This document shows positions 15,264 through 15,978 of a stretch of 15,978 bases of DNA, in pieces. Location: assembly GCA_046754105.1 (NCBI GenBank), contig JBHHVD010000075.1:1-15978 (forward strand). The letters are read 5' to 3'. The notes under the pieces were generated by a model. That model did no database searches. It was not told the DNA's origin and saw only the letters and a program-made list of their open reading frames with translations. A program made the translations under genes and the position numbers. Origin of the DNA: Candidatus Krumholzibacteriia bacterium (GTDB taxonomy: Bacteria; Krumholzibacteriota; Krumholzibacteriia; WVZY01). The first letter of the stretch is position 1. Each line of letters opens with the position of its first letter.

Positions 15264-15382
15264 ACCGGAGTTATATACAACCGGCCGGCGGTATTGGTTC
15301 CCGGCACGGAGGGGATCATCGCCCGGCGGACGCGGACGGGCGCCCCGGAACCGCCACGGGGAACCATGGGAGCACTGCTGCC

Positions 15383-15742
15383 CTAGCGCTTCACCGTGGC
15401 CTGGATCGTATCCGGTGCACCGGTCACGGAGTGGCGAAATCGGAGTTCGACCGTGGCGGCGTTGTTGCGGTCATTGTTCTGGAAATAGTCGAAGTTCGCG
15501 TCCTTCCAGTACGGAAGTAGCGGGAACGAGTCGCGCACCGGCGAGGTGGCGACGAGCACGACGTCCTTCGCCTGGCGACTGGCCGCAAGGGAGGCAATAA
15601 TCGTTTTGTCCTGGACCCACACCGACTCGGTGTGGGCGACCACGAACTGAGTCGGCAGCGGTGGCGTCTGGGATTCGATCACAATGGATTCCTCCGTACA
15701 CGAACACGCAAACACCAGGCCCAGTACCAGCAGCTTCCTCAT
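15383..15742 (-). CDS. Hypothetical lipoprotein, 119 aa
   Basis: Start moved to ATG 15742 (SD GGAGA), which removes the overlap with pepD. MRKLLVLGLVFAC-SC is a short type II signal with lipobox-like Cys. Mature part looks beta-rich; no family recognised. Confidence 0.7.
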   Translation of the reverse strand: MRKLLVLGLVFACSCTEESIVIESQTPPLPTQFVVAHTESVWVQDKTIIASLAASRQAKDVVLVATSPVRDSFPLLPYWKDANFDYFQNNDRNNAATVELRFRHSVTGAPDTIQATVKR

Positions 15743-15773
15743 ATCATCTCCTGTTCTCCAGCGACGGGAATCG

Positions 15774-15978
15774 TCATTCCTTGGTGAGCGCCCCGAGTAG
15801 GGCAGTGAGCAGCGACCAGAATCTCGCAACCGACGGGATGTGTATTCTTTCATCCGGCGAGTGGGGATGCTCGATGTTCGGGCCGAATGAAATCATGTCC
15901 ATACCCGGGAATTTCTCCCCGATGATACCACACTCGAGCCCCGCGTGAATCGCCAGCGCCTCGGGCTCCTTCCCCAGG
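15774..15978 (-). CDS. pepD: Aminoacyl-histidine dipeptidase (PepD, M20C), C-terminal fragment
   Basis: Not in the ORF track; translated by hand: LGKEPEALAIHAGLECGIIGEKFPGMDMISFGPNIEHPHSPDERIHIPSVARFWSLLTALLGALTKE*. IHAGLECG, ISFGP and PHSPDE are PepD signatures. Confidence 0.93.
   Translation of the reverse strand, partial: LGKEPEALAIHAGLECGIIGEKFPGMDMISFGPNIEHPHSPDERIHIPSVARFWSLLTALLGALTKE

Noticed and set aside
15295..15366. 8-bp inverted repeat TGGTTCCC/GGGAACCA as MITE ends
   Set aside because: Too short, no target-site duplication seen and no second copy in the window.
15743..15853. Longer N-terminus of the 156-aa ORF 15383..15853
   Set aside because: Overlaps the pepD 3' end; ATG 15742 has an SD and gives a clean lipoprotein signal.

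Overview
GC-rich bacterial window with 12 protein-coding genes (two cut by the window edges) and no rRNA, tRNA, CRISPR or mobile element. Left to right on the minus strand: a membrane-anchored or exported protein built from 12-aa tandem repeats (missing from the supplied ORF track, runs off the left edge), a transmembrane anti-sigma factor, an ECF sigma factor, a STAS anti-anti-sigma, an RsbW/SpoIIAB-like kinase, a secreted M6 (InhA-like) metalloprotease with a FlgD-Ig/T9SS-like tail, a ~1000-aa receiver-like/PPDK_N ATP-grasp protein and gdhA. A secreted S9 peptidase follows on the plus strand. A secreted VIT-vWA protein, a small lipoprotein and the 3' end of pepD follow on the minus strand. 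Best observations: (1) the bipartite motif CAACTTTTG-N11-GGTAATT occurs identically in front of the ECF sigma gene and the repeat-protein gene, which suggests an autoregulated ECF circuit and its target; (2) the repeat protein itself, with nested DNA-level duplications; (3) the gdhA-linked dikinase-like protein, which lacks a pyruvate-binding barrel but keeps a candidate phospho-His and a receiver Asp; (4) a strongly base-paired 275-nt spacer between gdhA and that gene. All calls come from reading motifs by eye; no database search or folding computation was run.
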